DNA from: Vicugna vicugna
Lineage: Eukaryota
NCBI GenBank assembly: GCA_013265495.1
Contig: MU058423.1
Span: 2,991,061 to 3,055,060 of the forward strand
Reading direction: 5' to 3'
DNA length: 64,000 nt
A model generated the notes under the pieces. That model did not search any database and was not told the origin of the DNA. It saw only the letters and a list, made by a program, of their open reading frames with translations. Shown piece after piece: positions 1 to 12,039 of this stretch (position 1 is its first letter; each line of letters opens with the position of its first letter). The position numbers were made by a program, and so were the translations under genes.

Positions 1-900
1 AACTAGGTTTCCATCCTGGAAGCACTGGAGAATCATCTTGGGACATTCAAGTACGGGAGTCATGTACTTGATGGGTGTTGTAAAAAGCACAGGTGGCAGT
101 GGCTTGGATAAGAGGTTAGTGGGGACAAGAGGGGTCAGCTAGGAGGCTTGTGCAGCAACCTCCAGGAGAAGTAAGGAATCTAAAGCAGTGACACAGGGGA
201 TCGCAATAAGATGAAAAAGGCAGGACTGACAGGACTTTGACTGGATATGGGCCAGGAGAGGGGACGAGCCTAGGGTAGCTTCTAGGTTTCTGAGGGCTTA
301 ATTGATACCATCTACTGAATGAGGCATCAAGGGAAAACAAATTTGGGGAGAAAGATGTTGAGATCAATTATGTAGCTGTTGCTTTTGTGGAGTCTGTAGG
401 ACATTTACATGGAGATGAATAGTAGGCAACATGGTTGAGAGTTGTGGGTTGAAGACACAATATTCATAAGGTAGTTGAAGCTTGAGGAGGGAATGAGCTC
501 ATCCAGTGAAGGTGAGTCAGCAAAGCAGAAACGAAACCCCTGGAGAATAGCACTAAGGGGCAGAGAGAGAAAGAAGAGCTGAGAAAGAAGCTGAGAAGTA
601 ACAACCAGAGGCAGGAGGAAAACCAGGAGGAGCTGGACCCACATAGGATGGAGAGAACATTTCATGGAATCAGAGTCATGGTGCCAGAAACCACAGAGGT
701 CAAATAAGATCGGCTCTGGAAAGGATACACCTGACCTAGCCACAAAGATTATTGGTCACTAGCAGGAGCAGTTTCAGTGGGTGCTTGAGGCACAGGGCAG
801 CCTGCAGTGGGCTGAAGAGTGGGTATGAATGGGGAGGAAGTGGAAGTAGGAAGTGTTGACTCTTAAAGAAGCGTGGCTCAGTAGGGAAGGTCATAGAGTG
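1..900. mobile_element. Old, decayed LINE-2-like sequence
   Basis: Purine-rich degenerate sequence resembling recalled L2; boundaries approximate. Confidence 0.5.
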
Positions 901-2133
901 GTACCTAGACCACTATAAAAAAAAGGAATGAGGGAGAGGATGGGGACGGGGAAGCCAGGATAGTGCAGGTCCTGGGAAGGGTTGGGTTCAGAGAAGAAGG
1001 ATTATTCTTGAATAAAAGGGACTTCCCTTTCTCTGAGATGGAAGGATAAAGGATGTTAAGGTGGCACTCATGCTTGACAGGCTTGACTTCCTCAGTGAAA
1101 GGCAATCTTCCTCTTCTGCTCAGAAAGACGATGAGGCTGACATAGCCTTCTAGGGATGGGAGGAGAGCTGCCTAGGCTTGCATCATATATATTTGTAGTT
1201 TTCTCATTTCATTTTAATCTTTTTTGGTGATAGCATAGTGCCTGGTCCATACTCTTCAATTAATGCCTTGTTGAGCTGAGTCATGCAGCACTTTGTCATA
1301 CACAGGGAGAGAGAGGGTACCAGCACTGGAAGGTAGAATGAGATTTCTACTAGATTATAGTAGTAGACTGGAATTCAGTCATTGATTCAACCAGTATTTC
1401 ATTTTAGAACACAACGTTAGGTCACTGTGCTGGGTACTTGGGATACAGTGGTGAACAATACGGCGTTGTACGTGTCATGAAGAAATCGGTTTTGCACTTT
1501 TTGTATTCATACTTGTGGGGTTTTATTGAGGACTGAATGTCCAATGAAGTTTTTGACATTCCTGAAGGCACAATGACCCTTCCTTGCTTACAGAAAAAAT
1601 GTCCTCACTTGATTCTCTTGTCTGATTGCTTCTTGTGTCCTTCCTTCACCCCCACCCCAGTTATAATATTGTGCAGTCCACATGAAGCACCCCTTCCTTT
1701 TCAGTCAGACTCCTTTCTGCAGGCTTCCACCACTCCTTCATGTACACAACCCCAGATCTATTACTTGTTCTGAGTTCTCCTCCAACAGCTGACACTTCCA
1801 GTTTCCTACCTGTTAATTGCATCAGGACGTCTCACCTCTTCTTCAGTCAGGACTTCTAAATCTGAGCTCATTATCTTGCCTTTCTGCTCCTGACTCTTCA
1901 CCCCTTGTACCTCTTCACCCCTTTTCCTGTATTCCTGGCCCATTCCTGTCAGTTCTAAGACTGAACACTTAGGAGGATCAAAAGCCTGGGAGTCTTGCCC
2001 CATGTCGTTCTTCTCTTTGTAGGTGTCTGAGATTCAGTTAAAATAGGATAGAATAAGGGGATGGATGTCACTGAAGCTACCATATCAGCAAGGCCTCCTG
2101 TAACCTGTCCTGGGTGTTGTTTCTCTTTTACAG

Positions 2134-2250
2134 AAACTGCCATATAAGAACCCAACTCACCTTGCTCAACAGCAGGACCCCTGGCGTCGGCTCAACTCAA
2201 CACCTACAATAACCTCCATGAGGCGGGATGCTTATTTTTTTGATCCTGAG
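2134..2250 (+). CDS. CFAP276: CFAP276/C1orf194 internal coding exon (KLPYKNPTHLAQQQDPWRRLNSTPTITSMRRDAYFFDPE); first exon not found, probably upstream of the window
   Basis: tttctcttttacag acceptor, GAG|gtaacc donor, 117 nt open frame matching recalled C1orf194 protein. Confidence 0.9.
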
Positions 2251-2777
2251 GTAACCCAAATTGAAATGCTGTTTCTCTTTACATCCACTTAAGACAAATC
2301 AATATTCTTTTTGAAAGGGAGTCTGTCCCTAACTGCTTTAGCAACTTTATCTTGTCCCCAGTCCAAGATCCTATCAAATCTAAAGCCAAATACCAACTTC
2401 TCTGGCCTCTGCAAAGTCAGAAGGCTTGGGTTTTGCTCCAGTTGATTACTTGGAGTAAATCATTCCGTCACCCGCCTTCTCACTGTTCTCATTATAACCA
2501 TGAGTGAGGCAAGGCCCATTAAGCCCAAGTCAAGGGCAGTACAGTGATCCTCAAGTCTCCAGGAGAGCCCCTGACGCCTTAGACCTAACCATGAGACAGT
2601 TCTGTATGGACAAGAGTTAAGAAGTCATCGTGCACAGTGATTTGGTGTGTAAGGAGTTGGTGGCTCTCAGGCCCAAAAGGTTTGCTCTGCTTTGGGGGGA
2701 GTAGAGCCCAACAGAACCCAACTGGAGCGGGTGCAGGGGTGGCAATTTAACCCTGGTGGGGTTGGCTTCCTCTGTAG

Positions 2778-2893
2778 ATACCCAAGGATGACCTGGATTT
2801 CCGCTTATCAGCCTTGTACAACCACCACACGGGGACATTCAAGAACAAAAGTGAGATACTGGTACACCAGGAGACCATCCAGGATACCCATGG
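2778..2893 (+). CDS. CFAP276: CFAP276 coding exon (IPKDDLDFRLSALYNHHTGTFKNKSEILVHQETIQDTH)
   Basis: tctgtag acceptor, GG|gtaagt donor, phase continuous with flanking exons. Confidence 0.9.
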
Positions 2894-3241
2894 GTAAGTG
2901 GTGGAGGTGGAGCCTCTCTCCCCCAAGGACAATGCCATCCAGTCATGTAAGTTACAGCTCGGGAATAACAATCAATAGGTACTTGTTTGTATAGATTTCT
3001 GTATGTTTTACTTCTGTATCTGTAAAACAATTTCTTTTTTTTTTTAACTTTCTAAAATGAACAGAGATCCTCCAAGATTGTGCCCATCTGTATAAGCAAA
3101 ATCTTTGGTTAATGTCACAGAGGGTTAAAAGGGCCTTTGGCTGCTTTATTTTTGAGAATGCATGCAACTGTCTTTTCCTCCTTACCTTTCTTCTCGTGAC
3201 TGATTTCACTCTCCCCTGTTCTTCTCCACACCATCTTCTAG

Positions 3242-3369
3242 AATCAAGATCCAATTCCCTGGAGAACTTTTACCCCCTCCCCAACTACCCCACATCACTT
3301 CCCGAGCTAACATCAGACACTGGATCAACCCTAAGAAGGAGTCTATCCATAGCATCCAGGGATCCATAG
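3242..3369 (+). CDS. CFAP276: CFAP276 coding exon (IKIQFPGELLPPPQLPHITSRANIRHWINPKKESIHSIQGSI)
   Basis: ttctag acceptor, AG|gtaagg donor, phases 2 and 1 fit neighbouring exons. Confidence 0.9.
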
Positions 3370-3788
3370 GTAAGGGTTAGAAGACTTGAGGGGCAGGGGG
3401 CAGACGACGGTGCAAAAGTTTTTCTAAATGGACCGAGGAATCAGGGAGTTGAGGTGTTGGCTATTAGGGAACACCAGGGATAACTGAGTCTTGGGACAGC
3501 AGTGATTCAGTTGACACATATCAGACTATTACCAGGGGACATGCTGCCTATAAAGCTGGGAAATGAATTCAGTTTTTCAGAGCCTCTACCTCAGCTTTAG
3601 GTCTAGGGAACAAAAATTTTCAGCAAAGGGCGGAAACCTGGAAGTGGAAGACCTGTAACTCTGCTGCCAGTCCTCTATAAACCAGAACCTTCTCCATAGC
3701 AGCACCCAGAAATATGTGGATGACAACAGGTTCCCAGAAAAGGCCAAGGATCTGAAACTCACAGCCTGCTCCCTCTTCTCTTTTCTAG

Positions 3789-3859
3789 TGTCCCCTCACA
3801 CCGCAGCCACCAATGGAGGTTATTCCCGAAAGAATGATGGTGGCTTCTTCTCCACCTAA
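3789..3859 (+). CDS. CFAP276: CFAP276 last coding exon (SPHTAATNGGYSRKNDGGFFST*)
   Basis: ttttctag acceptor, TAA at 3857-3859, recalled C-terminal NGGYSRKxDGGFFST motif. Confidence 0.9.
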
Positions 3860-3916
3860 GTGTTGACAGGCCCCTGGACTCACAAACCATAGTGGAACAT
3901 CTTGCCACCCACCTCC

Positions 3917-3922
3917 ATTAAA
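3917..3922 (+). terminator. Probable CFAP276 polyadenylation signal ATTAAA
   Basis: ATTAAA about 60 nt after the stop codon, followed by GT-rich sequence. Confidence 0.55.
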
Positions 3923-5344
3923 TAGACTTGTGTAAGATGAAGCCTGGAGTGTCTGTTACCCATGGACTGCTACTTGGCTACTCTTAAAATATGGAAGTTG
4001 TCTCAACTTTTAGAAACTAGTCCTTTGGGCATATTTGCAACTTGGAAAGTCATCTTGCTGAAAAGATATGGATTTAGGACAGAACATCACTGTTTTGGGC
4101 AGAGAAAGGTATTCACATTTTGTAAACTGGAGTCATTCCAACCATACAGATATACATCCATTCAACATTTCTTGCAAAACTTTCTGTCTCAGACACTGAG
4201 CTAAGTGTTGGGGAAACAAGAATGGACATGGTCCATTCTCTCAGTGAGCTTAACACTGTTGTTTCAGTGGCTCTTTGTAGCATTAATATTTATGCTGAGG
4301 TCACACTTACGAGATTTCAGACTTCCCAGACTTAGTCGTCTGTTAGGCTTTAGTTTTCCATGAGGACTCTTGTCTCCCTGGTCCTGGCTTCTCATCATTG
4401 TTCATTCTCTTAATTCTGCTACTGCCTCCTTGCCTGGGAGTTAATTCTCTTTTCTTTGCCTTGATTGGTGCTGATATACAGCCCGATTCTTAGAAACAGG
4501 GCTCAGCAATCTGGTGCTAGGGTCTGAAAGTACCTAAAAACTGATGCATTAATGTAGTTTCTAAAATTATTAAGTCACTCACAGGAACCTGCTGTTAGAA
4601 TGAGTGATAAATGGCAGATCTTTTGGACTACTGTATTGTAAATTCCCATTTCTAAGTTTGGACAGTATACGCATTGTTGAATAATTCAGGTATGAAAGTG
4701 TTTCTTCCTTGTACTCAGGTGCAGGTCCTTAAATACCACCAAGCTATCACAGCCGCTCTCCCACGGAGATACTCCAGTCTATTCACATAGTGTTTGCTGC
4801 TGAGTGCAATATTAAGTTTCAGTTCTCATTATTTAGAATGGCTGAAAGTGGCAGAGAGTGATGACTCTTAAGAACCACCTCATGCGGATTATTTGATACT
4901 GAACATCAAAAAATTTATCATTGCAATCTATGCATGGAGACTTCTAAAAATAAAGATTCCTAGATCTCACTGATAATTCAAATTAAGTAAGTATGGTGTG
5001 GATCCCTGGAATCTGAATTCTTAAAAGATGTCCTTCCTAGTTCTCTTATGGATATATACACACATATATAGCCATGTGTGTACACCTATATCCCTTCGCG
5101 ACAGGCCTTAGACCAGGGGCACCAGTGTTGGTACCATACAGAGTCATCATGACAAGGCGGGCCTGGACGAAAAAAGGGAGGAGGCTACGGAAGAAAAACT
5201 GCAGCGGGGAACAAGGCCTCTGTCCCCTTTCCGCTCCCGCTCCCTCGAGCGGGGCAACGGCTTATTCAATCGCCCGCCAGCACCCCGGGGCAGGCGCCGA
5301 CCATGGACACGTTAGCCCCAACGCCACCGGCGGCCCTGGGCCGG

Positions 5345-5768
5345 GCTCAGATCAGAATCGCCTCGATAATCAGTGGCCCGGGACAAGCCCGGCCTCGTCT
5401 ATCTGATCAATTCATCACTTCTGAGCGCCGGGCCCCGTTGGGCCGGCTCCGGGACCTCGGGGACCGCGGCGTTGCCACCGCCCAAGGGGCCTCGCTGCAC
5501 AGCGCCCCAAGGAAAGGGCTTCGCAGGAGGGGAGCTTTTCATTTCGGGTCGGCCCGGCGGGGCTGGAGTCACGACCCGATCAAATAAGATCAAGGTGTAG
5601 GCCGGGGGAGGGGCGCGGGGGTGACGCACGCATTCGCCTTGCACGCACCATGCGCACATTCACACATTCACACGTCCACTCACACACTCGACCCGCACGC
5701 GCCTTCCACGAAACATCCCGATACAATACACACGAACCTCACCCGAGGCCACGCTCCCTCCGGCAGAG
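5345..5768 (-). ncRNA. SCARNA2: Small Cajal body-specific RNA 2 (mgU2-25/61), composite C/D-box scaRNA, about 420 nt; 5' end approximate
   Basis: Minus strand has a GU-rich 5' domain, guide ACACCTTGATCTTA+T+TTGA complementary to U2 nt 22-36, box C GTGATGA (5412-5418), guide ATCAGATA+G+ACGA complementary to U2 nt 58-65, terminal CTGA box D; close to recalled human SCARNA2 and in the syntenic position. Confidence 0.92.
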
Positions 5769-5789
5769 GAGCGGAAGGCCTCACTCTCC

Positions 5790-5836
5790 TTTAAACCCTT
5801 CCGCCTGCCCCTCCCCTGCCCCGGAGGCTTCTGGGA
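5790..5836 (-). promoter_or_regulatory. SCARNA2 promoter: TATA-like TTTAAA (5790-5795) and ZNF143/Staf-like site TCCCAGAAGCCTCCGG (5821-5836)
   Basis: TTTAAA about 25 nt upstream of inferred 5' end; SBS-like motif further upstream; within a CpG island (about 5090-5950). Confidence 0.55.
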
Positions 5837-7058
5837 GGAAACACCGAGCACAGGCCCTCGCCGGGTGTGCGCTCTGCTGCCCTCGCGTGGCTCGGAGGGG
5901 AACCCAAGGCCCCGGTAAAGGCGGGGCAAATTCCGACGATACTGACCCGTGATTGTCATTTGATCTTTGTGGAGCTGCACATTTATATCCATATCTATAG
6001 TTTTTCTTTGACCTTTGATGAAGTTCTGGATATAAGATGATTCAATCTCAAGATATTTACAGGTAAGTAATTCCTTCCCCAGGGAGAAGGCAAATCCTGA
6101 TCACAACGTCAGCTCCCCCAGGAGCTCCTTCTCGCTTGGGAGAAGGCAAACGTTCACCAAAGGGAAAGGTGAGAATAGATCACTTAAATCCAAGGACTAG
6201 GTAGTCACAATATCTGTGAAAAGAGTAAATGTAGGAAGGCATATCCCTGTCCTCACAGAGCTCTTACTACCCAGAACTTGCTATGGTGGTCATATTGCTG
6301 AATCGTCATTTACTTTCATATCCATTAAAACATATCTCAAACTCCAGGGCAAGGTGGGGGGGGGCAGCGGGGAGGGGGGAGGAATGATTTTATAAATAGA
6401 GTTAGCTCCTTTCATATCAGACAGCACAATTTTAATGATTCAGTTCCTTCTTTCTCCTTTTTCAATTAAACACTATGTGAAGGAGGAAGATAAACCAGAA
6501 TAACTTTGTGAAATTATCATTATGAGGTTATCATTTGTACTTGTGCTAGTCCCACCATGCACTTAGAATAAACAAATAGGGGAGAGTATCCATTGTATGT
6601 GCCACAGTCCCATTGGCTCAAGGATTTTCTAGGTGTGTGGTTAGCTAACTGATCATCTTATCTGAAGGAAGAAAATCATGGCTGGCAATGGCAGATGATA
6701 CTTGTATTTTAGTAGCAGTAGTAAGTAAAATGTGTCAGGGAGTGTTACCTACATTATTTCATACACCTCAAAATGTATTCATATATATATGCTTATATAT
6801 ACCAGTTCCCTCAAAAGGAAAAGCTGTACCTTCATAGATTCTGAACTGTATCATACATTCAGTGGCCATCACAAGGAGTTAATAGGACTGACAGTATTCA
6901 GTAACGTAAACTACAAAGGTGTACTATGGACAGAACCCAGGGAGTATTGAACAAAGTTCAATAATTCAGCATGTATTTGACAAACTAAATGAATAAAAAT
7001 GGTAGGGAAAGAAATTTTATTTTCAAGGATTTGTGCAGACAATGGTGAATAAAAAATT

Positions 7059-7064
7059 TTTATT
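7059..7064 (-). terminator. Candidate TMEM167B polyadenylation signal AATAAA (3' UTR about 2.4 kb)
   Basis: tttatt on + strand; alternative hexamers near 7017 and 7780. Confidence 0.45.
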
Positions 7065-9445
7065 TCAACTATAAAAAGCTGAATTCATCCCACCCCAGTA
7101 TAAGGGTTTATGGTGATGCCAGTTTGAATCTGAGGCAATATTGCTATCCCCATTCTTCCACACCTAAAAGACTCCCTTAGAGGAACAACTTCCTACAATT
7201 TTCAGTCAAAAATATACAACACATCAATCAAAGTAATGAGTTAAATAGGTTTCTGCTTATCTGCTCACATAAAGTCGACATGAAGTAAGCTGTGTATTTG
7301 TTTCTTGCTGTAAATTACCTTCACTTTGTGTACTTTTTGGTACATTCTGGCAAGAAAACATCTCAAATATAACAGTTCAAGAGTTTAGGTCAAGCTGACC
7401 CACCCAGGAGGCTGTAAAAATTGACTTGAACAAACTAGAACTGTGCAATGGGACGAGTTTAAAATATGAAACAGCTCTAAGCACCAAGCTTAGAGATAGT
7501 AGCCCTATTAGAAAACAAAAGTCATTAAAGCTACAAAATAACAAGTGCAAAACATGCTGAACCTGTATTTCCAGGGAGTGACATCCCCACTGGCCAACAG
7601 GTTCCAAACTCACACCTACAAGGTGTAACTCTTCCTTCTGTTCCACTAGCTTTCCTTTCTCTCGTGTGAAAGATCCTCAGAAATGACAACGCACAACATA
7701 TGAATCATTGACATTTACCTTGTGGACCAATTCCTGTAGCGATAACAGCCACAACTCCCAGCTGATCAGACATGTAGTGTTTATTTGATGACTTTCTATA
7801 CTTCTAGGAACCCTCAAAGCACTAAATTGCGTATTTCAGAAACTAAACTTCCTAGCAGCTTTTGTTCTTTTGGAATAAAACAAAAGACAATCTACTACCA
7901 CAAAGGGGTCAACCACAGCTAACTTTTCCACAGTCAAATTTTACTTTAGTGAGCAATTCAACTGGTAGACCTCTGTCTATGCTTGCTTTTTACAATAATT
8001 TAATTTTAGACCAACTCTTTTTTTTTTAAATAGAGAAATTCTATACTTCATAAATGCAACAGTTAATCCTTCTGCAGATATGAGGAGGAGGAAATGGATA
8101 AGTCTTCCCTTCAAATGTTGAATCATCTAAAATTATTTGCTCAGGAGTTACCATACTCCATGGAAAAGTCCAACAACCTCAATTGCAAACCTCTGTTTTC
8201 CACTACTTTAGAAGAACCCTCATTTCATTCATGGATTCTATGAACTGTCCAAACATGTCTATGCATGTCAGCAACTTCTCTCACTCATTCTAATTTCTCA
8301 TGTTCTTATAATTTCCAAGAAACAGCTATAGAATACTGCAATATTAAGAAAAAATTAAGAGTGGGCCAAGAAACACAACTAAAAATTCCCATAATAACCC
8401 AGATTTAAACAAAGAATAAGTTTGTATCTTGAAAAACATGACAAAACTTCCATCTAACATCACAATAAATTCTAGATGACTTTACTAGTATACAAATTAA
8501 TATACTAGATTTGTTTATTTTTTTCTACCCTAACAGCAAATATATTAAACAATTATTTCTTCAATAGTTTCTCTTTCCCCTAGTGGTGGCATTTAAAACA
8601 GTAACAGTATTGAGCACTCAGTAATTTAGAAAGTATTTTAAAAGTTTTAGGAGTAGCAACAGTTTCCATATACCATTTGATGGAGTGAAGTTTCCTTTAG
8701 GGAATACTGGTGAACAGAACAATGTTTCTTGTCTACCTTACTCCTTTCTGGTCTCATCACAGAAAGATAATTTCCAAATTTTATGCAGGCCCAGATTCTC
8801 TTGGCAAAACTCCTGAGCTACCAGCACACAACCATAGCTGTTTCATCTGTTCTCTTTTTTGCAGTGACGATCATGCGTCTCTCTTATGTCCCCAGATGGG
8901 TATATGAAAGACAAATTTTCAGAGCCAAAAAGTTTCTTGGCATTGTATAACGCCTATTTCCCACCCTGCCCCTCCCCCCAGCCCCCTGCAATTTCCCAAA
9001 TCCAAATCAAACTGTTAAAAAAAAGTCAAGTCTTGAAAATTCTTTCTCCTTCCAAGAAGTTTGACCACAGCCTATGTCCTTCCCTAATGAGCCTCAGTTT
9101 GAAAAGATCTGATGAGGGACTGAAGAACAAAATAGATGACAGATTTTTAAGCAGGAGACAAGTAATCGTATCACTGAGGGGTGTAATTTATCTGGACGTT
9201 AGATGCTCTCTGCTGAGGACTGATTTACACACAGGTCAAAGGAAGTTGGCTTTTTGGAGTCCCCTGAAGCATAATGTTTGTAACCATGAGGAATTTTCCC
9301 CACATATGGTAGGGACAGATGCTGTGGTGTCATCCTGGGGACTTTGATGATTTTAGCTGAGCTCCCCTACGCTGGGCCCAGGCCCCGACAGGTTCTTCAC
9401 CCTCATCCCTCTGGTTGGCAGTTGGTGAAATGGATGCTTTAGGAT

Positions 9446-9528
9446 TCATTTTATAAACAGGACGTAAAAGGCCATTACAACACAGGCGATTGCCACAGCA
9501 GCATGCAGCCTGGTTCCAATCACAGCAG
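9446..9528 (-). CDS. TMEM167B: TMEM167B (protein kish-B) exon 3 ([27 protein letters not shown])
   Basis: TTCTTGCTAG acceptor, TGA stop; three exons total 225 nt = 74 aa + stop. Confidence 0.95.
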
Positions 9529-10080
9529 CTAGCAAGAAAAAATAAAGAGAAAAGAAATCACACCCTGCCCTTCATATAAGTACTGGCTTTCAAGGTGATA
9601 TTTTGAAATCTATAGTCAGAGAGGAAGAGACCGATCAAGGGTCTCAAGAACCCACCCAGGAATGTATTTAAACACTACCCTTAGGCCCTAGGTTCTAGGT
9701 GAATATACTGTTTGTTTATATTTCGTCCTATTTTGAAAAAAGATTTAGGTAAGTAGGATTCCAGATGAAGGTGCCCAAAATAAAAAGTAAAAAAGCTTTT
9801 TAGTTAATAAAATCAAAACTTAAAAGCAGCTCCAATATATTCTTTACAAAAATTCAGAAAAAACTTTTCGTTGGAAAATATTCCTCCCAACAATTCCAAT
9901 CCAGCCTGAAATACTTTCATTCATGTACATTTACTCTGTGGAGAATATGAATGCTAACGTGGAGCTCAAATAAACAATTATGTAAAAGTGGAACCACGTA
10001 CAATCCCAGCCTACCTGACCCCCATTCTGAAGCACCTCGCTGTCCAGAGATGACAATCTCTCCCTGAACAGATATCTTAC

Positions 10081-10212
10081 CTTTGTAAAACACACCCCAA
10101 ACTCCCTTCTTCTCTGATAGCAGCCAGGTTTTGAGACGAGGTACTTTCTTGAAGTAGGCACAGGTGCAGACAAAGAGCAAACCAAATACGAGAATCCCAT
10201 CCAAGGAGTACA
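10081..10212 (-). CDS. TMEM167B: TMEM167B exon 2 ([44 protein letters not shown])
   Basis: TAACAG acceptor, AAG|GTAAGA donor; lies within ORF 9917..10327. Confidence 0.95.
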
Positions 10213-12039
10213 CTGTTACAGAAAGAGATGAAAACCTTTGGTGTGGATCTAGCTTGGGACAGGTGATCTTACTGGAGAACAGAGTGTGATATAACAGCAA
10301 GATGGTAACAGTGCCAGCCCTTGACAACAGGGAGCCAAGGTCCTGGGACTAGCAAGGTTAGCTTATTGTTCCTCAAATCATTTGCAGTCATCTCCCTTAC
10401 AAAAATTTCACTGCCCCATCCTTTCCCTTTTCAAGAACTATAAGTTCTGAGAAGAATGTGTCTGTTTATGTGGAATCAGCCTCCTAGGAATGGCCAGTGT
10501 TGGCAACAGGTTGAGAGAGTCGTAAGAATCCTTGGAGCCTGAGCTGAGAGAATTAAACAAGTTCTTATTATAAATCACTCATGTGATACAGAAGAGCTAG
10601 ATATTTAGCCAAGTCTCTCAGACGTGCATCTGGTGGTGAAGAATATGTTAAGGCAAAAGTAAAGTTTACTGGAAATTGCAAGAGTTAGAATCCATATGAC
10701 TACAATTTTCCTATGCTTGTCTTATACTTCATGCATGATGTTCTATTTACAAACCAAATTTCTGCCACAGTAACAGATTCTTTAAAAAAAAAAGTATCTG
10801 AGACTTCAACATAGTGGGTCAATTGGGGGAAAAACAGCTTTTAACAATGATATTTCTTACATATGTAAACTGAGCTATTTTCTTATAATCACAGTGAATC
10901 ACCCAAGTGCAAATAAATAAATAAATAAATAAACAAAAGGGGATGCTTGACTAAAACCTATTCAGTAAGTATGTGTCCAATTGCTCCCTTATTTCTTGGT
11001 TCAGATGATTGATTTCGTCCTCTAGATGATGTCCCTTCTTGTACTGTGTCTAGTAACCTCAGACTTCTGACCATTCAAGAAGCCCCAAAAGGATATTTTT
11101 ACAAAAACCAGCATCTGCCAATTCTGAACCACTCTATCTCCCTCTCTCCCTGCAGTAAACCTATCTCACAGCGAGGTGTCACACAGGAAAGGGCCCAGTA
11201 AATTAATACATACACTTAGTTTTTATGATGAACAGTACCTTTACGTGCTAGTCTTTTTCTCCCATAAGTTTTTGCAAAGCCAAAAGTCGTAAGGAGGTGA
11301 AATCTGAATCTTCAGTGCCAGGCTTATGAAGGTACTTTTGAGAAATGCTTTCCTGTGCCCCTCAAATCATACTGCCCAAGAGGAATTGTCATCTTCTTTC
11401 CTGTAAGATGGACTCTAAAGACCCTGTTTCCTCACAAAGGCCCTGTTTCCTGCCCTTCCCCGTAATTCCGAAATCATGTCTATAAAGTGTTTGAAGAGGC
11501 CTGGAAAATTAGGTCAGATAAACAGGGTGGCAATTGCCACATCATCTGTAGAAGTGGCAGTATCTTAAACCAACCCTTGCAACACTAGCCACGGTCTCCA
11601 GATGGGATCGCCCAGGTAGGACTTGAGAATCAAATTAAGAGAAAGCTTTCTGTCGTTTTAACAACACAAGAACTTTTTTAAGGCTCTGAATTCACCCCTC
11701 GAAAGTGTGGGGCTTGAAATCCTTTGTGATTTTTTGGTCCTCCCAACAAGCCTACTATCCAAAAGTACGAGAACGCAGAGGGCTGTGAGGAAGAGCCTCT
11801 CTTTTCCCCCGAGCTAAAGCAATAGTTCAACCCGGACTGGCTTCTCGAAGTGGCTTGTAAGGGCCAGAACGAACTTCTAGGAGGCAAGAAGGGAAAACAC
11901 AGGGTAGGGACCAAAGACTTGGGTGGGCACAAGAGGCACTGGGGTTCCAGATGGGCACAGGACAGGGGATACTGCGGAGGAGTATAGGGAACAGGAGTTG
12001 GGGCACCGAGAGGCCAAGGAGGGGACTTGGGTGGGAGGG

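Noticed and set aside
5074..5992. Six overlapping ORFs of 75-110 aa
   Set aside because: Stop-poor GC-rich island, no recognisable protein; explained by the scaRNA and its promoter
8886..9347. 153-aa ORF antisense to the TMEM167B 3' UTR
   Set aside because: No recognisable homology, promoter or splice support
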